Positions 1-12,320 of a DNA stretch of 64,000 bases are shown piece by piece. Source of the DNA: Octopus sinensis (taxonomy: Eukaryota); NCBI RefSeq assembly GCF_006345805.1, contig NC_042999.1:115630001-115694000 (forward strand), read 5' to 3'. How positions within the stretch are numbered: position 1 is the stretch's first letter; each line of letters opens with the position of its first letter. Below the pieces are notes generated by a model, which made no database searches, was not told where the DNA came from, and was given only the letters and a program-made list of their open reading frames with translations. The translations under genes and the position numbers were made by a program.

Positions 1-55
1 CACAGACCTGCGCTCGGTAGTGAAGTGAAAGCACGCTAAAAAAATAAAACTACTG
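1..55 (+). mobile_element. 3' end of R4/Dong-like LINE family A (cut by the window edge), followed by (AAT)n at 56-120
   Basis: Near-identical to the 3' UTRs ending at 2389 and 16794 (CGCTCGGTAGTGAAGTGAAAGCACGCTA...ACTACTG) and followed by an AAT tail. Confidence 0.9.
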
Positions 56-71
56 AATAATAATAATAATA

Positions 72-120
<49 letters not shown>

Positions 121-124
<4 letters not shown>

Positions 125-2389
125 CAAAAAGTTCAACTCCAACCCCAAAAAGTTCTACCAAGAACTGGGAAAAAATAAAATAGAAGTCACTGCAGCACCA
201 ACGGCAGAAGAATTGGAAGAATTCTGGGGAGAAATATGGTCGGCGAACGAACCACCAAAAAAAAGGAGTATCAGAATAACAAACTCGGCATCTGAACAAC
301 TTTGGACCCCCATAACAACTGAAGAGGTCACCCAGGCACTGCAAAGACTAAGCAACTGGAAGGCACCTGGGCATGACAAGATCCCCAACTTCTGGTTGAA
401 ATATCTAACAGGAATGCACAAAAAGCTGGCTGAAAACTTTAACAGCATACTAGCAGAGCCAGAGACAATGCCTGAATGGCTCACGAAGGGGAAAACCATC
501 TTAATTCCCAAATCAAATGAAACAGCAAAACCAGAAAACTACAGACCAATAACCTGCCTCCCTACTATGTTCAAGGCATTTACTGCAGTGATATCGCAAA
601 AGCTGAACAAGCACCTGGACGAAAACAAACTGTTCCCAGAAGAGCAGAAAGGATGCCGCAAAGGCTCATATGGCTGTAAAGATCAACTAATGATTAATAA
701 AGCCGTGACTGAAGACAGCCACAGAAAGAAGAAAGGCCTCAGTATGGCCTGGATTGACTACAAAAAGGCGTTTGATAGCATCCCCCACACATGGATCCTC
801 GAAACACTAGCCATTAACAAAGTAGCACCAACAATCATAAAATTCATAGAGCACTCTATGAATAAATGGCAAACAGTCCTACACCTCCAAACAAAAGAGG
901 GACTCATGAAAACCAAAGATATCCCCATTAGAAGAGGAATATTCCAGGGAGACACGCTCTCTCCACTCCTTTTCTGCTTGGCACTGTCACCTCTATCTGA
1001 TATGCTAAATAGAACTGGATGCGGATATAAATGTTACGGCAAAACAATCAGCCACCTTTTATATATGGATGACCTAAAACTATACGCTGCAAATGACAAA
1101 CAGCTGGAAACACTATTAAAGACAGTTCATGGATTTACCAAAGAAATAGATATGAAATTTGGATTAGAAAAATGCGCCAAAGTAACCCTGAAAAGAGGAA
1201 AACTAGTTAAGCGTAACAACATCACACTAGATAAAACCAATGAAATAAAATAATTAGACCAAAGCCAAACTTACAAATACTTAGGAATCCATGAACTAGA
1301 TAAGACACACCACACACAAATGAAAGAGAAAATAAAAAAAGAATATTATAGACGAGTTAGATCAATACTAAACACAGAGCTCAATGCTAAAAACAAGATA
1401 ATAGGTATCAACACTTTAGCTGTCCCAGTTATAAGTTAGAAGAAGAAGAAAAAGATGAAGAAACAACAAAAGTTATAAAACAAATGAAATCCAAACTAAA
1501 AATAGAACAGCAACGAACCATGATAAAACGATGGCAAGAAAAGCCCCTTCATGGTAAATACTGGACTAAACTAAACGCAAAAGAAATAGACAAAGAAAAA
1601 TCCCAGCAATGGTTGAGAAGCTCAGGACTCAAAGCAAGAACAGAGGGATTTTTAATTGCAGCACAAGACCAAAGTCTCCCCACCAGAAATTACCAAAAGC
1701 ATGTAATGAAAAGAAATATTACAAGTAACTGCAGAATATGTGGAGATGGACAAGAAACAATAAATCATATTATTTCTAGCTGCCCAGTCCTGGCTAAGAA
1801 GGAATATATTCACAGACATGACAGAGTTGGAACCTACATACATTGAAAGCTATGCCAACATTATGGAATAACAACAGAAAAAAGATGGTATAGGCACACA
1901 CCAGAAAAGGTCACAGAAAACGAGAAAGCAACCATACTCTGGGATATGCCGATACACACAGATAGAGAAATTAAGGCCAACAGACCAGATATAGTTGTCA
2001 GAGATCATGAAGAATGCTTTCTAATTGATGTATCAATACCGGCTGATGACAACGTGTCTCTAAAAGAAATGGAGAAACTCTCAAAATACAAAGACCTGGA
2101 AATAGAGGTAACTAGAATGTGGAATCTGAAAACAGAAACAATTCCTATCATAGTAGGTGCATTAGGCATGATAAAAAATATTCAGACAAATACATAACAA
2201 AAACACCAGGACTTACAAACACATATAACATACAGAAAATTGCACTACTAGGCACTGCACACATCCTACGCAGAACACTTTCCATACAATAACCATCAGA
2301 GCATCACAACAAATCACAGCACATACCCAAGGCACACAGAGCTGTGCTCGGTAATGAAGTGAAAGCACGCTATAAAAATAAAACTACTG
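121..2389 (+). mobile_element. 5'-truncated, decayed R4/Dong-like LINE, family A copy 1
   Basis: RT motifs (NYRPITCL, DYKKAFDS, GIFQGDTLSP, YMDD), CCHC knuckle CRICGDGQETINHIISSC and RPDIVV...LIDVS. Relative to the copy at 14.2 kb it has a nonsense codon at 1251, a ~325-bp deletion at 1438/1439 and TGG>TGA at 1844. Flanked by (AAT)n on both sides. Confidence 0.95.
213..1253 (+). CDS. Reverse transcriptase fragment of LINE family A, ending at a premature stop
   Basis: 346-aa ORF with non-LTR RT motifs, nearly identical to the start of ORF 14287-16428. Confidence 0.9.
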   Translation: MEEFWGEIWSANEPPKKRSIRITNSASEQLWTPITTEEVTQALQRLSNWKAPGHDKIPNFWLKYLTGMHKKLAENFNSILAEPETMPEWLTKGKTILIPKSNETAKPENYRPITCLPTMFKAFTAVISQKLNKHLDENKLFPEEQKGCRKGSYGCKDQLMINKAVTEDSHRKKKGLSMAWIDYKKAFDSIPHTWILETLAINKVAPTIIKFIEHSMNKWQTVLHLQTKEGLMKTKDIPIRRGIFQGDTLSPLLFCLALSPLSDMLNRTGCGYKCYGKTISHLLYMDDLKLYAANDKQLETLLKTVHGFTKEIDMKFGLEKCAKVTLKRGKLVKRNNITLDKTNEIK

Positions 2390-2413
2390 AATAATAATAA
2401 TAATAATAATAAT

Positions 2414-3195
2414 AACTACTAGGCCAATGTGATGAAAAATGAAGCAGACGCAAAATGCCGATTCTGCAACGACATGATTGGAACTGTGGACCACCTAATC
2501 TCTGGATGTAAAGTCTTAGCACCAGTGGAGTATAAATTAAGACATGACAGAGTTGGCCAATATCTACACTGGCTAATAAGTCGGCATTACAATATCAAAA
2601 CTGCCGACAAGTGGTATAATCACCATCCTGAGGCTGTAACTGAAGGAGAAAATGTAACCATTCTGTGAGACTTTCCAGTACATACAGACCGAACCATCAA
2701 GGCCAATAAACCAGATATTGTTGTGAAAGACCAAAACAATAAAGTTTGCTTATTGATCGACATGATCATCCCCTGTGATCATAATATCTCAGCGAAAGAG
2801 TTTGACAAGCTCAGAAAATATAAAGACCTACTCATTGAAATTGAGAAAATGTGGCATCTCAAGGCGGTTACAATACCAGTGATCGTAGGAGCACTAGGAA
2901 TGATCAAGAAGGGAACCGAAAATTATATGAGAATGATCCCTGGCTTACCATCCCTGCAAGAAGTGCAAAAGATTGTCTTAAGTGGTACATCACACGTATT
3001 GAGAAGAGCATTGTCGATGTGAGAACTGTTGCTGCTCATGTATTTTAATTTAACTTAAAAAAAAAAAAATTTTAATGAACGAACTATTGAGTTTGGTTTT
3101 ATGGCCTACCACTGTATACTATGAGTTTCTTTGCCCTAGGAGTCGGGAAGACACTCGGCAAGAAATGGAAGCAAATTTGAAAGAAGAAAAAAAAA

Positions 3196-3197
<2 letters not shown>
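2414..3197 (+). mobile_element. 5'-truncated R4/Dong-like LINE, family B (CCHC, endonuclease and 3' UTR), with (AAT)n tail at 3198-3250
   Basis: Near-identical to the 3' 780 bp of the full-length copy at 54257-58001. Begins directly in the AAT tail of family A copy 1, with AAC-type microhomology. TGG>TGA at 2666. Confidence 0.95.
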
Positions 3198-3249
<52 letters not shown>

Positions 3250-3250
3250 T

Positions 3251-3342
3251 ATTAAGGAAAGTATTATCTGTCTAAGATCCTTGTTGTGACTTGACAGATG
3301 ACTAGACTCCGGTGCATTTTTACCTACACTGTGTTACGAAGG
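3251..3342 (+). mobile_element. Probable isolated 3' end of another AAT-tailed LINE family
   Basis: 92 bp between two (AAT)n arrays, with an ATCTGTC...GACAGAT stem-loop resembling the 3' motifs of families A and B. Confidence 0.5.
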
Positions 3343-3364
3343 AATAATAATAATAATAATAATA

Positions 3365-3412
<48 letters not shown>

Positions 3413-3418
3413 TAATAA

Positions 3419-3939
3419 TGAATCCTCTGATGTAGTACCAGGCACTGACTTTCATGGCTTCTCATCTTAACCGATTGGAAGTGTTATCATGTACATGTTT
3501 TGTTTTGGTATCAAAAATGTGCTACAGCAAATATTCTGCTCAATACCACAAATTTGCTTCTTAGCTGCTTGACCTCAACCAGTTGAGTACGTCCCTTAGT
3601 GACTGACAATATATGCATCTCTGATCACGAGCAGAAGTAGTAGGGGAGCATCATAGCCATGTGTTGAGAGGAAATTTTGGGGGTTTGAATAATTTACCTC
3701 TGGAAACATGGGTGTTTCGTTCAACATCCTTCAACAACTCTTAACCAGGGACCTTTTAAGCGGAATGGAATACTCGACCCGAAGAAAGAGTCATGCGCTG
3801 TTTATCCATGTCGCGCACACACGGTTGTGATCAATGTGCCATTTGTACCCTTATCAGATAGGTAGTCATGATGGGTATATTGGGCTTCGTATATCTATAC
3901 CCCAGTGTCACTTTGATGGTATGCGCTACTCTCTCACTT
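3419..3939 (+). mobile_element. Non-coding ~520-bp AAT-flanked retroposon (SINE-like element or long LINE 3' UTR)
   Basis: (AAT)n upstream and (AAT/AAC)n downstream, no ORF, and a 3' hairpin ATACC-CCAG...GGTAT. Confidence 0.55.
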
Positions 3940-4099
3940 AATAATAACAATAACAACAACAGCAGCAACAACAGCAACAATAATATAATTATTATTATTA
4001 TTATTTATACCAAACATATATTCAGTATCTACAGATTTTAGACCTATACTTTTTAATAATACGTTCATCTTCAATACTTAGTTTTTTTTTGCCTATCAC

Positions 4100-4520
4100 A
4101 TTTGTATCTTAAATCGTCTTGATTTTATTTAGTTTAGTTAAAAAAGTTTGCTTAATGCATTTAGTTCTATCTAAATTTTAACTTTTATTATAATTCCTTT
4201 TAAGTTCCAATTTATCTAATATTCATTTCTGGGAATTTTATTATTATTTTGATTCTTGTTATGGTATAAGTATCTTTATATCCGACTTCAAACAATGCAT
4301 AGTTATAATAATTTTGATTTTGTTTAAATACATCCTCATTAGCCGAAAGTCGCAAAATACAAGTAGATATATTTCTAATGATAGAATTTATTATACTTCT
4401 TAGATGATAAAAATTTTTATCTACGTGTCTTAAGCACTCATTTGGCTTATAATATGGTTGATTTATTTTATTACTTAAGACAAGAGTAACATCAAGGAAG
4501 TTAACCCCGTATTTCGAACG
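4100..4520 (-). mobile_element. Decayed Penelope-like element, RT C-terminal (thumb) fragment
   Basis: Hand translation gives QPYYKPNECLRHVD and ISTCILRLSANEDVFKQNQNYYNYALFEVGY, matching the PLE pattern PYxKPN...RISxLSxNxxIF...YNxALxxxGY. Confidence 0.55.
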
Positions 4521-4639
4521 AATTTTTCTTTTTCATTAGAGAAAGGAAAAGTATATTTGCGCATGTATTTGAATAAAAAGCTTTTTCTTTCTTTATATTT
4601 TTGTTTCAATCATCAATACATTTTTAGCTCATTTTCTCC

Positions 4640-4663
4640 CCCCCCTCTCTCTCTCTCTCTCTC

Positions 4664-4712
<49 letters not shown>

Positions 4713-4807
4713 TAAAAAGTCAGAAGGTATGAGAATGGCTATATTTGTTTAACCAATTGATATCTGTAGGATTACGGCCATTGTATGTATGTATAAACAA
4801 ATAATAC

Positions 4808-4839
<32 letters not shown>

Positions 4840-4980
4840 ATCTATCTATCTATCTATCTATCTATCTGTCTGTCCATCCATCCATCCATCCATCCATCCA
4901 TCCATCCATACATACATACATACATACATACATACATACATACATACATACATACATACATACATACATACATACGTACA
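4640..4980. repeat. Compound microsatellites (CT)(CA)(TA) and (CTAT)(CCAT)(ACAT)
   Basis: Seen directly in the sequence. Confidence 0.95.
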
Positions 4981-5429
4981 TACCTTTATATGTTGCCATC
5001 AACTGTGGATCATCTAAAATGTGTTTTTGAACGTTTTCTGGAAAGAAAATGAGTATTTTAACTGATATTTAATATAGGGGGATAAAATAAATCGAGAATA
5101 CCATAACAACAACAATAAAATCTATACGATCGACATTGAAACTCATGCTGTGAAAAATCTCGTAGTTGGTCACTGGTACAAAATATTGACATTTTATAGA
5201 AAGTCTCTTGTACAAATATTTCAAAACCTATCGAAAGCCTGGTTGACATATCGAACTGGCTTGCCATAACACGACCAAACGCACGAGCAAATTTTGTAGT
5301 TTATTACGAAAACCTTCTCTTGGCGTAGAAATGTAGGCCCATATTCTGCCTTTGCAAACTATACACAAGTTGAATACCTAAATCAATTCGTCCAAGATAA
5401 TTGCATTCTAACTATAAAGTCATTGATGC

Positions 5430-5915
5430 GTAGGCAGGTAGAAAGAATGGAGTGTGAGGAGGTACTGAACAACTTTTAACAAAAGCTGAGCTACTTGAAG
5501 CAGAAAGCATCGCAGAGACCTTGTAAGAGCACGGCTAGATAATAGAAAGGCATTCAATTCCATTTCCCACTCATAGTTACTGAAGTCACTACAGCTGGCG
5601 AAAGTACTAGTTGCTTTAGTTGCTATCATCGAAAAGCTCACAAAATCTGTAAATGAAAGTGGAATGATTGTCACTAATCTTATAAGGATTTTAACAGGGA
5701 TATTCCTAAGTCACAGCTTGTCTGTGCTTCTGTTTATTTTGACCCCAAATCTACTGTAATTTCTTTTACGAAGATACGCTGATTATATCCTGGGGTCTAC
5801 ACAGCAAGAGGCCCATATTACCCATAACTATTTCTTTGATGAGCAATGCTGGAAATCAATTGGATTAATCACATTTCCTTCTGATATAAGGATGGAGTTT
5901 GGCCAAAAGAAATGT
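5430..5915 (+). mobile_element. Old decayed R4/Dong-like RT fragment
   Basis: Hand translation across stops and frameshifts: GGTEQLL, LDNRKAFNSISHS*LLKSLQLAKV, GIFLSHSLSVLLF, DIRMEFGQKKC. Confidence 0.6.
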
Positions 5916-6393
5916 TCATATATAGTAAATGAACGTTGAAAACCTGCTCCACAAACATCAAAATCTTTGCATTAATGGTTTCTGTATCTCCTCTATTCCA
6001 CAAAACGGTTACTGTAAATACCTAAGAACTAATATCAGTTTCAGCACTTTCTATTGCCATCATCATATAAACCAGTTCGGTGTTCAGCTTTTTCCGGACC
6101 TGTTTCTCTTGGATGATGCTCTTACCGCCACTAGGGTTAGACTTAATACACCTTGTCAACTTCTTTCTGCGACCGTAGGGAACTTGTCTCCCTTGTCAGC
6201 TTATTAAGATAGTGCTTTTGTGGCCAGTGAGTCGGTTTGACTCTTATTTCTAACAATGCCGATACCACTTTGTACCCTCTGTCACGTTGGTGACGTCTAT
6301 CAATTTGCCTTTAGGATGTTAAATTGTTGATAAACCATCCATGTTATTTATAGTTTTCATTTCTATCGTTTTTTAAATCAGCACGTTTTAGTG

Positions 6394-6740
6394 GTTTCCG
6401 TCATTAGAATCCAGTCATGCTGGGGCACTACCTTGAAGGTTTTGGTGTAACGAATCGCTCCTAGTACTTAATTTTTAAGCCTGTTACTTATTCTATCGAG
6501 TTATTCTTGCCGAACCACTAACTTACGGAGACGTTAACAAACCAACACTAGTTGTCAAGCAGTGGTGAAAGATAAACACAAAGACACACGCACGCACATA
6601 GATATATACATATATACATAAAAGACGGGCTTTCAGTTTCCGTCTACCAAATCCCTTCGCAAGGCTTTGGTTGACCCGGGACTATAGTACAAGGTTACAC
6701 GCAGTGAGACTGAAGCCGGAACTATGTAAAACCACGCCTT
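6394..6740 (-). mobile_element. tRNA-derived SINE, family I (degenerate, near full length)
   Basis: Shares its head with 23489-23650 and 61725-61888 and its 3' part with 46945-47190; has an internal microsatellite. Confidence 0.8.
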
Positions 6741-6991
6741 TATGACAAACTGAACAACACTCAGCATAACTGATATAGAATAAATTCATGTAATTTTACT
6801 CGGATAAACAACAGCTATTACATTATCCGATTTGATGGAAGGATATCGATATTTTTGTGACATTAAGTGACTGTACTACATTCTTGTATGTGTATCTATT
6901 TAAGTGTGTTTCTCTATATGTATTTGTTTATAAATGTATACATACATACATGCACACACACATATATGTATGTAAGTATGTATATATGTGT

Positions 6992-7293
6992 GAAAGCGCA
7001 TAGCTCAGTGGTTAGAGCGTAGAGCTTACGATCGTGAGGTTGTGAGTTCGATTTTCGGGCCGGGCTGTGTTGTGCTCCTGAGCAAGACACTATTTCACGT
7101 TGCTCCAGTTAACTCAGCTGTAGAAATGAGTTGCGACATAACTGGTGGCAAGCTGTATCAGCCTTTGCCTTTCCCTTGGATAACATCAGTGGTGTGGAGA
7201 GGGGAGGCTGGTATGCAACAATCTTGTCCTGACTTGTGCCTCAGAGGGTAACTTTTGTGCAATCCCATGGTCATTCATGACCGAAGGGGGTCT
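6992..7293 (+). mobile_element. tRNA-derived SINE, family II
   Basis: A box TAGCTCAGTGG and B box GTTCGATT, then a non-tRNA body with a CORE-like CTGAGCAAGACACT segment. Confidence 0.75.
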
Positions 7294-7539
7294 CCTCCTA
7301 TGTATGTATGTGTGTATATGTATATGTGCATGTGTGTATATATATATGTGTGTGTGTTTATATCATTCACTCACGGAAGTGGGGTGAATATATCCTTAAG
7401 GTCAACTTTTAATTACTCACGAGCAATTCTGGGCTTCGTCACTAATTCAGTTCTCAACCAAATTGAATGCGGTTCTTTAGCAATTATGGTCCAGTCTTCA
7501 GCTATAGTTTGAGATAAAATAATATAAATTTGGTTCAAT

Positions 7540-8300
7540 AAAAAATGCTAGGTCAAAATATATAAGATTAAACATGGGAGAGTAAAATTGACTTTGAATC
7601 AAAATATGTCAGTTATTTAAAAAGAAATGTCAAGTTATTTGGGTTTAAGAGAATGAGCTCGTTGAGAAGAATCGTTTGGTGAAATCTTCATTAAAATGTA
7701 TTTTGCTAGGAAAAAAGTAATGTTACTTTAAGTGACGATAAGTAACACCACGATTCACTTTGAATCAAAATAGCTCAGCTATTGTTAAAGAAACCTATAC
7801 AATAGTTGTGTTCAAATGAAAGAGCTCTATGAGATAAATCTTATGTATAAAATTTAGTCTAAAGATATTAGCTACTAAAAAAAAAGTCGTGTAGCTTTGA
7901 GTGACAAAAAAGTTGATCAATTTAAGAAATCAAAATATTCTTGTAATTTTAAGATACTTAACGTTATAAAAGAGGGTACCTGATGAATTGGATTCCTTAG
8001 CTTAACGGTACGGAATATTTTGCCAGAGTTTGAAAGGTACGAGACTAGATTCTAAGTAACTTGCTTCCCCCTTTCTTTTCCATCTTCTAATAGTATTTAA
8101 CCAATCTTCTAAGATATTTTCACAGCTATTCTGGGTTCGATATTTACTCCAGGTAAAAGATCTTTGTGAGACGAATCTTATCGTGGAAACCTTGTCAAAA
8201 TCTCTTAGCTACAAAAATGTTGTGTGGGTTTAGGTGACGTCAAAGTGATGAATTTAAAAAATCAAAATAGTTTTGCCTTTTAGGAGAAAAAGAATATTAT
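7540..8300. repeat. Highly decayed ~166-bp tandem repeat
   Basis: AATCAAAATA recurs at 7597, 7763, 7928 and 8260 (spacings 166, 165 and 332). Confidence 0.5.
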
Positions 8301-8444
8301 TTGAGTGATTATTATTTGAATTACATATATTCTACATAAGTTTAGTGTTATAATATATCTGTGATTCAAAGCTTTTAGGTAATGAGCTTTCTTACGAAAA
8401 TAATATAATGCGACAAGTGAGGCAGATATAAGACATTTTTCATC

Positions 8445-8496
<52 letters not shown>

Positions 8497-8958
8497 CAGA
8501 ATGAACGTAACTGCGAATATAATCGGCTGTACCGTTCGTCTTTGTTCGGCTTCGTGTGGATTTTGCCGTTCGGTTCAGCAAATTATATTTCTGATATACT
8601 TCACTGACGATTCGAAAATACTTATGTAAGTAAAACTACATAATCTATTAACGATGAACCAATTGTATGGAGTTAAACTATTTTTTCGTTATTTTTCGTT
8701 TGTCCTGCTCGCTTACATTCTTGGCGTGTTGAATTAATTCTTGAGAACAATTTTTTAGTGCTGGATTCCCTTTGCGGATCTATATCTAGCGTTAGAGTGA
8801 CCACATGGTGGTCTCTCTCTTATTATTTGTATTAATAATTTTTAATGTATTCCATTTTTTTTTATACGCTAGGCCACTTGGTGTTTTGAATTGATGTTAT
8901 TAATTAATATTCAATTTTTTTCACCCTTATTGTGATTTTATATATATATATATATTAT

Positions 8959-9043
<85 letters not shown>

Positions 9044-9089
9044 TATGTATGTATGTATGTATGTATACGTTTGAATATATGTATATAAA

Positions 9090-10530
9090 TATGCGACATG
9101 CGTTCAAAATGTGTCCTATCCTTGAGCATAAAGAAAACATTTTGTGCATATCACAAATTTTATTTTATTACTTTCAAAATAATCCTCTTGGGAGTTCACA
9201 CACCTCTCCCAGTGGAGGTTCACCATCGCTTTCCTCATAATTTCTTCTCGCGACTCCAACCGTTTCCCTTTCAGTGGGGTTTTCAATTTGAGGAAGAGGT
9301 AGAAGTCACACGGTGTCAAATGGAGAGAGTAGGGAGCATGTCGAACAAGTGATGTGTTTTTCTTGACCAGGAAAGCTTTCATTATGCTGGAAGAATGAGC
9401 GAGCGCATTGTCGTGGTGAAATTGCCATTTCTTCGCTTCCCAGATGTCCGACCTCCTTCGACGCAGATGATGACGAAGGCGACGTATAACCTTCAGGTAG
9501 TATTCCCTATTAATTGCTTGGCCTTGAGAAGCGTATCCATGGTGCAAAATACCACAGGTGTCAAAGAAACAGATCAACAGTCCCTTCAGATTGATGCGAA
9601 TGTGTACTTTTTCGGACATTGGTGATGACGGAGGCCTCCATTGGGTTGACTGGAATTCTGGGTCTTAACCATAAACACATGTATCGTCACCAGTGATGAT
9701 GGTCATGGTTTTTACAATCCAGCATGTCTTGAGCGATTTCCATGTAGAGTTGCTTCTGTTGCACTGCTAGCACTTCAGGGACGAATTTTGCCGACACCCT
9801 CCGCTGCTTGCATAAATCTTCCGTTAAAATGAAATGCACTGATCCTGAGCTTATTCCAACTTAGTGAATAATTTTCTGGATATGACCGTCTTCTACGAAT
9901 ATTCGCTGAACCTTCTCAATCGGCTCCTCGTTTCGGATTGTGGATGGTCTGACTGAGCATGCCTCGCTCTCCACTGAGGTGCGGCTATGTCTGAAGTGGT
10001 TGTAAAGGGTGCGGTCGAAATACCTCCCACATTTGAAAGGTTGACAAAAGGAAAATGAAACAACACTTACGAAAAATTAATTTTACTGTTGTTTAAACAA
10101 AGAGTTACAGTTTTTGTTCATTAGCTAAATGAAAACATCATTTGCACTTGCATAAGTTCATTAGCAGCACATAGGTGAAAGTTTAAAATGTGGGAGGTAT
10201 TTCTGCCGCAAACTGTACTATTCTTTGATCTGAATTTTAACCATGGCATCATCCCCAAAGGTTTGATTAATCTTCTGTATGGCTTGAGTTTGAGTATTGC
10301 CAAACTTTTGGCAAAACTTGATGCCATATTTCTGCTCGATGCATTCGGTGAAAACGAAAACCGGACGAACGCGCACTATATCTCTGTATTCTGGGCCTAA
10401 CAGTCAGGAACTGACGCGGTCTACCGACGTGAAATTTTGTACGCATGCGCAGGAAGGGTGTTTTCACCTTTCACCCAAAGGATTTTACCCACATAGGATA
10501 AAGTCATATACTTTTTGAACGCATCTCATA
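9090..10530 (-). mobile_element. Decayed mariner (DD34D) transposon, interrupted by a MITE
   Basis: TIR-like ends (ATGCGTTCAAAA.GT at ~9098 and its inverse at ~10510). ORF 9116-9619 carries HHDNA...PYSLHLTPCDFYLF with 34 residues between the aspartates. N-terminal IEQKYGIKFCQK at ~10330. Confidence 0.9.
10005..10215. mobile_element. 211-bp Tc1/mariner-type MITE with TA target-site duplication
   Basis: ~30-bp TIRs (GCGG.CGAAATACCTCCCACATTT and inverse); TA at 10003-10004 and 10216-10217. Removing it restores the transposase frame IKE*YNH. Confidence 0.85.
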
Positions 10531-10937
10531 TACATACATATATATACATATATACATACGTCCACACACACACACACACACACACACACATCTTAATTTA
10601 CAGGTTTCAACCATAGGACTGCAAACATGTGCCTAAATACAGCCTTCAAGCATCTTGGACGATCGTGTAAACCGTAATACTTATTTTATTCTGTAACTCA
10701 TTTTATCGATTGTCAAATGGCAAATTTACCTTAGGAATTCTGTTGTGATGGTTTAACCTGCTAGAAATAACATTAAGTTTGCAAATTATACATTACCTTA
10801 AGAAAGAAACTGTTGGATAATGCCGAAGGTTTACGCTTTACCTAAAAAGAGATGGATTCTCCTTGATCATAAGATGGAATATCTTTGATTATAGACTATT
10901 TGATTTAGAACTGACTTGCATGCGAACACATGCACGT

Positions 10938-10984
<47 letters not shown>

Positions 10985-10990
10985 TGTATA

Positions 10991-12320
10991 TATGAAGGTC
11001 ACACCGAAAGTAATGCAAAAGCAGGTATAACATTTTTATTAACGGGCAGAGATCATTCTAATTGCTCTTGTTAGTGGAGTAAATGTTTCTCTCTATAAAG
11101 ATACTAGTCAACGTAGTCTGCACCATAATCTATATATTTGCGCCATCGTTGAACCCAACTCTCAAATCCTCATTGCTGTACTCACTCCCCAAGCTATATT
11201 CACTTCATCAGTATCATCAAATTATTGACCCTGAAAGTTGTTCTTTATTGGACCGAAAAAGTGGAGGATGTCAGATGCAGGCTCTGTGATGGTTGGGGAC
11301 CACTGACTAACCAAATTTTTCCGATTGCCAATTTGTTGCCAAAGATGAGTCGTGTGTTGTCATGGTGGTTGTGGATAGTTTTCAGATTCTTTCATGGTAT
11401 CTTCCTCCTTATGGCTTCTTTAAGTTCTTTTTCATAGTCTCAGTGTATCAATTATTGTTCATGGTACAGCCATTTTCTAGTAAAATAAAGGAAAAACATT
11501 CTTGTCACCACGCAAAAACAGTCACTTTCTGCGTCGATGGTTACTTCTTGAATTTCATAGGCCTTGGAGAAGTGTGACGCAAATCCATGGACTCAACCTT
11601 CGTATCATAAAGATACATCTACGTTTCAGTACCTGTCACCAGATTGGAAAAAAACTATGCCTTCATTGGCTTCAAACACTTCCAGCTAAACAGAGGAAAT
11701 TTCCATTCTTCTTTTCTTCAAATCAGGCGTCAGTTGCCGAGATATCTACTTTGCACATTCTTTTCAATACCTAAAGTCTTTCACCATCGTCTGTAACGCA
11801 TTGTGATCAAGGTCCAGATGTGCAGCATTTTCATGGATTGTGATTCGTTTGTCTGCACGAATTAGTTCGTTTATTCGGTGGTGATTCATGTTAGTAATAG
11901 CAGTTGATGGTCACCTACTGCTTAGTTTGTCTTCAATGCTGGTTTCCATTTATTTAAACTTCTTCATCCATCTTATTGTTTTTGGCACTGGTTTCATCTC
12001 CATAAGCAAGCTATTCCCTTCTGTGCAATTTGGACAGCTTACACCCTTCCTTCGTCAAGAACACAATCAGGGCATGATGTTTTTAATTGGAACCTACAAT
12101 TACCTGCAAAGAAAGACAGGACGTGTTATTCTACCAACATGTGCAATTTCAACGTAATTTTTCTCTTCAGGAAGAAAATGGTTATAGACAGACCTGAAGG
12201 TAGAAGGGCTACGGCATATCTAAAAATGCATAAGATACGCTGAATGGCACGACAGCACCCCTGCCATTTCATTAAAGCATTCAGGGCTCAATGCTAGCTA
12301 CGGCAAGGCACTTTTCATAC
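10991..12320 (-). mobile_element. Heavily decayed mariner transposon
   Basis: TIR-like TATGAAGGTCACACCGAAAGTAATGC at the left end; remnants LVTGTET*MYLYD (~11620) and PQPSQSLHLTSS (~11285, degenerate HPPYSPDLAPSD). The right end is uncertain. Confidence 0.7.

Noticed and set aside
36-511. Antisense ORFs over the LINE copies (also 14013-14585 and 55125-55618)
   Set aside because: Shadow frames of LINE coding sequence.
6992-7065. tRNA-like sequence
   Set aside because: There is no complete cloverleaf or acceptor stem and it continues into a SINE body; the same applies to the heads at 23650 and 46051.
8603-8635. CTGACGA-TTC-GAAA hammerhead-like string and a GTAAGT donor
   Set aside because: No helix II and no consistent helices I or III; compatible with chance.
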